Below are positions 43,729-48,072 of a stretch of DNA of 48,072 nucleotides, one piece after another. The DNA is from a virus (taxonomy: Duplodnaviria; Caudoviricetes). Every line of letters begins with the position of its first letter. Positions within the stretch are counted from its first letter, which is position 1. A model generated the notes under the pieces. It did no database searches and was not told the origin of the DNA. It saw nothing but the letters and a program-made list of their open reading frames with translations. The DNA lies in the IMG/VR virus record IMGVR_UViG_3300048851_000022, positions 1 to 48,072 of that record. One strand, 5' to 3'. The position numbers were made by a program, and so were the translations under genes.

Positions 43729-44691
43729 GTGGCTAACCAGTTCACCTCCGTGGCTACCAAGCCCGGTCTCTCCGACGCTCTCGTCCAGCAGGCCTACGAC
43801 CTCGCGGTCTCCTGGGTTCTGCGTGAGATGCCCCAGTACCGCTCCTTCGTCTCGAAGCGCCCCGAGCGTCCGAGCATGGCCGGTGCCAGCATCGTCCTGA
43901 GCCTGTTCGACTACTTCGGTGACGCGGCCATTACTCAGGCCCTCACGCCGTTGAACGAAGAGCAGGACATCGACAGCACCAAGATGCCTCCGCTCAAGAC
44001 GGTCACGCTGACCCCGAACGAGTACGGCTTCGCGGTCACCCGCACCAAGCAGCTCGCCCTCAAGTCCTTCGCGGACGTGGACCAGCCCATCGCTCGCGCG
44101 GTTGCGCAGCACATGGGTGAGGTCATGGACGAGCTCGTCCAGAACACCCTCGTCACCGGCACGCAGATCCTGCGTCCCTCGGCCCGCGCCACCACGGGCG
44201 CGGTCACCGCGACGGACAAGCTCACCGCTGGCCTCATCCGCCAGGCCGTCACCAAGCTCCGGGTCAACAAGGCCGTCCCCACTGCGGGCGACCTCTACCT
44301 GGCCGGTGTCCACCCGCACGTCCTGCACGACCTGCGCGAGGAGACCGGTTCCGGCTCTTGGCGTCTGCCGACCGAGTACGGCTCGCTCGACGCCTCGCTC
44401 ATCAAGAGCGGCGAGATCGGTGAGTTCGAGGGCGTTCGCTTCGTTGCGAACACCCGCACCCGCAAGGCGGTTGACGGCGCGTCCGGTGCCACGGTCTACC
44501 GGTCCTTCATCTTCGGCCAGGAGGCCGTCGCTGAGGTGAACCTGGAAGAGCCGCACACGGTACTGGGTCCCGTTGTCGATAAGCTCAACAGGTTCCGTAC
44601 GGTCGGCTGGACGGGCACGTTGGGCTTCGGCATCTACCGCCAGGAGTCCCTGCTCCGACTGGAAACTTCCAGCTCGGTCGCCAACCTCTGA
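43729..44691 (+). CDS. Major capsid protein (N4-gp56-like, HK97 fold)
   Basis: 320 aa; LNE...VTLT..EYG, VHP.V.HDLR, GEIGEFEGVRF, GP..DKL.RF..VGW; followed by a strong terminator. Confidence 0.88.
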   Translation: MANQFTSVATKPGLSDALVQQAYDLAVSWVLREMPQYRSFVSKRPERPSMAGASIVLSLFDYFGDAAITQALTPLNEEQDIDSTKMPPLKTVTLTPNEYGFAVTRTKQLALKSFADVDQPIARAVAQHMGEVMDELVQNTLVTGTQILRPSARATTGAVTATDKLTAGLIRQAVTKLRVNKAVPTAGDLYLAGVHPHVLHDLREETGSGSWRLPTEYGSLDASLIKSGEIGEFEGVRFVANTRTRKAVDGASGATVYRSFIFGQEAVAEVNLEEPHTVLGPVVDKLNRFRTVGWTGTLGFGIYRQESLLRLETSSSVANL

Positions 44692-44701
44692 TCTGACTCG
44701 T

Positions 44702-44738
44702 AGAGAGGCCCTCATCGTACGCGGTGGGGGCCTCTTTT
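44702..44738 (+). terminator. Intrinsic terminator after the capsid gene
   Basis: AGAGGCCCTCATCG-TACG-CGGTGGGGGCCTCT-TTT. Confidence 0.8.
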
Positions 44739-44757
44739 CGTATGGGGGAGAACCCAC

Positions 44758-44874
44758 ATGGGCAAGCGCCCAACGATCCTGCGGCGTGACTACACGCAGG
44801 ACAACCAGCCCGCAGTCCTGGTCAAGGACGCGGCTGCTGCACCCATCTTCGACGCGACTCCGCGAACTTCCTGA
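44758..44874 (+). CDS. 38-aa hypothetical protein
   Basis: GGGGAG RBS; MGKRPTILRRDYTQDNQPAVLVKD... Confidence 0.5.
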   Translation: MGKRPTILRRDYTQDNQPAVLVKDAAAAPIFDATPRTS

Positions 44875-44886
44875 GAGAGGTAACTC

Positions 44887-45273
44887 ATGGCGAACAACCT
44901 CACCACCGTCGCCCTCAACCTGCTGCTCGACCTGGCCAGCGGGAAGACCTCGGCTGCTCCCTTCACCACTCCGGTCAAGGTGGCCCTGGTCACCAGCAAC
45001 GGCACTGCCGGTGCCAACGGCACCGAGGTCACGGGCGGTTCCTACTCCCGCCAGAACGTCACGTTCAACTCCGCGTCCGGTGGCGCGGCCACGAACTCGG
45101 CTGCGATCTCGGTCACCAACATGCCCGCGACCACCGTCGTGGGCGTGGAGCTGTGGGACAGCGCCGGTACCCCGAAGCGCATCTGGTTCGGCCCGCTCAC
45201 CGCGAGCAAGACGACCCAGGCTGGCGACACCTTCACCATCGCGGCTGGGGCGCTCTCCGTCAGCTTGGCCTGA
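44887..45273 (+). CDS. Small beta-rich virion/tail protein
   Basis: GTEVTGGSYSRQ.VTF ... GDTFTIAAGAL.V.L pattern common in phage tail/fibre subunits. Confidence 0.7.
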   Translation: MANNLTTVALNLLLDLASGKTSAAPFTTPVKVALVTSNGTAGANGTEVTGGSYSRQNVTFNSASGGAATNSAAISVTNMPATTVVGVELWDSAGTPKRIWFGPLTASKTTQAGDTFTIAAGALSVSLA

Positions 45274-45286
45274 TCGGAGGTAGCTC

Positions 45287-47797
45287 ATGGCGAACGCGCT
45301 GGTAGCGACGTTCGACAGCGCCTCGGACCTCTCCAACTTCGAGGCGACGGGGACCTGGACGGTCTCTGGTGGGGCGGCGGTTCACACCCGCGCGGCAGCC
45401 GCTGCGGACGCCCTGCTCACCTGGTACGCGCCAGGGAGCATGGCCGGGGCCACCCTCGTGGCCAACGTGACCTGGGCTCCGGACGCCCCGTCGGGGTACT
45501 TCTCCTACCTAGAGATCAACTTCAACGGCCAGCACCGGCTGGTGTGGGGCTTCGACGGGTTCGGGATCAACGCCAACGTCGAGGACGGTGGCGGCAACGT
45601 CATCAACTCGATGTACGTCGGTCACTACGACCCGAGCACGTACGCCTGGCTGAAGATCGAGGTCGGGCCGTACGGGGCTCCGACGTTCTCGTACTCAACC
45701 AACGGGTCCACCTGGACCACGGTCGTCCCGGACTACCCCTACCCCCAGCCGGACACCGCGCTGCTGAGCCAGCCCTCGGGGGTGCGCCTGGGGGCGGGGA
45801 CCTGGCAGGCCGTCAGCCCTGCGCAGACGGTCCAGTTGAAGTCGATGGAAGTCACCACGGTGACGCCCACGGTGGACGGCGGCTCGCTCAACCTGAGCGG
45901 GCTGTCCAACCTCGCCTCCACCGCGTTCGCCACCAGGGCGGGAGCTGCTGCGCTCAGCGCGGCCAGCAACCTGACCTCGGGCAGCGCAGTCCTGCGCAGC
46001 GGCTCTGCGGCCCTCTCGGCCCTCAGCAGCCTGAGCGTGGGTGCTGGGCTCGAACTCACCGGCTCCGCGCTCCTGAGCGCCACTGGTGACCTCCTGGCGG
46101 CAGGTGCGCCCGCGCGCCTGGGCACGGCGGTCCTCTCCGCCCAGAGCAGCCTGCGGGCCACGGCCCGCGAGGTCGAGATCCTGCTGGGGGAGGCGCTGCT
46201 CGACGCGGTCGCCGTGCTGGACCAGATCGACGGGATCATCGAGAGCTTCGGTGAGGTCGAGCTGGATGGTCGTCTGCAGGGCAGCCTCACGGCTGACTCC
46301 ACGGTCTACCCGATCACGTACAAGTTCAAGACCCCCTCTCGCCGGGTGCACCACCGCTCGATCAGCGTCCACGTCCAGGGGATCAGCGTCGTCCGCGACG
46401 GTGAGTTCTGGTCCACCGTGGAGGGCGAGGTGGACTTCGCAGCCCATGACCGGGTGTTCCTCGGGGGCTACGACCACACGCTCACCTACGCCGAGTACGC
46501 CAGCCTCCTGGCTGCGGGCTACGGGGAGTGGCTCACGATCATCCTCCCGCAGGTGCCCTCCGACATCCCGGTCACGGGGAGTGGGTACGGCTCCGGTCCC
46601 TTCGGGTCCGGTCCCTACGGGCAGAGCCAGGGTCAAGTTTCGCCCGCGCCCGACGAGGAGGAGCCAGAGACTCCTCGTGGTCCGATCGAGCAGTTCGCGT
46701 TCGCGGATCTCTCCGCGTTCTTCGAGCTGGTCGCCACGGCCCTGGATCCTGCGACGGTCTTCATGGACCCGGTCTACCTGGACGGCGTCTCCCGCCTCTA
46801 CGCGGAAGCCGCCCCCGACCCGGTCATCCCGGTGGTCTACGGCGGCGCGGCTCTCTCCGCGTCGGCTGCGATGGCTACCACTGCCTCGGGGTTCAGCGTG
46901 GCCCTGGGCCAGGCGAACCTCTCTGCTGCATCGAACGTGTCCGTGGTGGGCACGCGCGCTGTGGTGGCGAGCATCGCAGCGTTCAGTGCGGCCTCCAAGG
47001 TCACGGTGGCTGCGACCATCAGCACCCCGGTCAACCAGTCCGCCACGGCCATGCCCAAGACCAACCTCAACGGTTGGCGACTGCTGGCCAACGAGGACTT
47101 CAACACGCCGGTCTCGATGGGCAACTTTGCTGCGGCGTACCCGAGCTGGACCGCCTACGACGGGCTCGAAGACACCAGCCGGAACATGGGACGTGCCTCC
47201 GGCAAGGCCGGTCTCTACAACACGGCCAAGACGGCCACGGTGGCGAACTCGGTCCTGGACCTCTACGTGCACACGGAGAACGGCAGGCCACTCGTGGCCG
47301 CGCCGACCCCTCCGCTTCCCAACGACGGCTGGGCTCAGAAGTACGGACGCTACGCCGTCCGCTTCAAGTCCACTGCCGCAGACGGGTACAAGGTGGCCTG
47401 GCTGCTCTGGCCCGCCGAGCCCTACGACTGGTCCTCCGGGGAGATCGACTTCCCCGAGGCCGAACTGGGGTCGGGGATCGGGTTCTTCTCCCACCAGGTG
47501 GACGGGGACCCCAGCGTCAACCAGTTCTACAACGACGACACGGGCTACTCGATGCTCGACTGGCACACGGCAGTCATCGAGTGGTCTCCGAACAAGCTGA
47601 GGTTCTTGCTCGACGGCGTTGAGGTCGGTTCCACGACCGACTCCAAGGCCATCCCGCACGTCCCGATGTTCTGGGTCCTGCAGACCGAGACCTGGCTCTC
47701 GTCCTCCCCGCCGCCCACCAGCGCCAGTGGGCACGTCCAGATCGACTGGACAGCGGTCTGGGCCTACGACACCACAGCAACAGCTCCTACCACCTGA
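45287..47797 (+). CDS. Multi-module tail appendage with a C-terminal GH16 glycoside hydrolase
   Basis: EDF, YGRY.VR, WLLWP, catalytic GEIDFPE (ExDxxE), WHT..IEW...F..DG, QIDW..VW; Ala/Ser-rich shaft repeats. Confidence 0.8.
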   Translation: MANALVATFDSASDLSNFEATGTWTVSGGAAVHTRAAAAADALLTWYAPGSMAGATLVANVTWAPDAPSGYFSYLEINFNGQHRLVWGFDGFGINANVEDGGGNVINSMYVGHYDPSTYAWLKIEVGPYGAPTFSYSTNGSTWTTVVPDYPYPQPDTALLSQPSGVRLGAGTWQAVSPAQTVQLKSMEVTTVTPTVDGGSLNLSGLSNLASTAFATRAGAAALSAASNLTSGSAVLRSGSAALSALSSLSVGAGLELTGSALLSATGDLLAAGAPARLGTAVLSAQSSLRATAREVEILLGEALLDAVAVLDQIDGIIESFGEVELDGRLQGSLTADSTVYPITYKFKTPSRRVHHRSISVHVQGISVVRDGEFWSTVEGEVDFAAHDRVFLGGYDHTLTYAEYASLLAAGYGEWLTIILPQVPSDIPVTGSGYGSGPFGSGPYGQSQGQVSPAPDEEEPETPRGPIEQFAFADLSAFFELVATALDPATVFMDPVYLDGVSRLYAEAAPDPVIPVVYGGAALSASAAMATTASGFSVALGQANLSAASNVSVVGTRAVVASIAAFSAASKVTVAATISTPVNQSATAMPKTNLNGWRLLANEDFNTPVSMGNFAAAYPSWTAYDGLEDTSRNMGRASGKAGLYNTAKTATVANSVLDLYVHTENGRPLVAAPTPPLPNDGWAQKYGRYAVRFKSTAADGYKVAWLLWPAEPYDWSSGEIDFPEAELGSGIGFFSHQVDGDPSVNQFYNDDTGYSMLDWHTAVIEWSPNKLRFLLDGVEVGSTTDSKAIPHVPMFWVLQTETWLSSSPPPTSASGHVQIDWTAVWAYDTTATAPTT

Positions 47798-47807
47798 GGA
47801 GAACCAG

Positions 47808-48072
47808 ATGACGTGGCCTGACAAGGCCCTCGTCGGTGGAGATGTCGGCACCTGGGGCACGAAGATCAACGCGATCTTCGATGCCCTGTTCGCCGCACAG
47901 GACGGGGACCAGACCCTGTTCGTGGCGATCGCCAAGGAGCTGACTGCAGCGCGAGGGAACTACTCCTCTCTCGCGCTGCGGTTGGCTGCCGCAGGGATCG
48001 GGATCGGCACCCCGACCACCACGCCCACCGGCACCAAGAACACCTACCTCGGCGCGGGGAACACCTACGCAG
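47808..48072 (+). CDS. N-terminal part of the small virion-associated protein that wraps to 147
   Basis: GAGGAG RBS; MTWPDKALVGGDVGTWGTKINAIFD... Confidence 0.75.
   Translation, partial: MTWPDKALVGGDVGTWGTKINAIFDALFAAQDGDQTLFVAIAKELTAARGNYSSLALRLAAAGIGIGTPTTTPTGTKNTYLGAGNTYA
47946..48072. repeat. Terminal direct repeat (copy of 1-127)
   Basis: Exact match to the start of the window. Confidence 0.95.

Overview
The window is an apparently complete, circularly permuted genome of a high-GC actinobacterial phage (about 47,945 bp; bases 1-127 repeat 47946-48072, most likely an assembly overlap). The gene set is podovirus-like, with no tape measure or sheath gene. The virion and lysis block runs on the + strand from 29594 through the join to 9037. 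It holds terminase, portal, a 1803-aa internal virion protein, an SLT+NlpC/P60 protein, scaffold, major capsid, GH16- and GH26-bearing appendages, adaptor/nozzle-like proteins, an M15 endolysin and holins. Next come a leftward tyrosine recombinase operon, an L5 gp71-type immunity repressor and a replication/metabolism block: PD-(D/E)XK exonuclease, DnaB-like helicase, resolvase, split primase, phosphoesterase, an Acb2/Tad1-like protein and dCMP deaminase, with no DNA polymerase seen. A leftward array of small early genes follows. The most unusual signals are non-coding. (1) A ~550-nt highly structured, probably pseudoknotted RNA candidate at 19950-20510. (2) A repeated intergenic stem-loop element (TTGCGT-variable stem-GCGTTG) that follows the stop codons of early genes and nearly all of whose mismatches become G-U pairs only on the transcribed strand. 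(3) An oriented 16-bp operator/stoperator-like motif at 8 sites, 3 of them inside those hairpins. (4) A D-arm-less tRNA-like element plus a pseudoknot upstream of the scaffold/capsid genes. Other points of note are an ADP-ribosyltransferase-like domain in the giant internal protein and three sigma-factor-like genes. All protein calls come from motifs recognised by eye; no searches were run.
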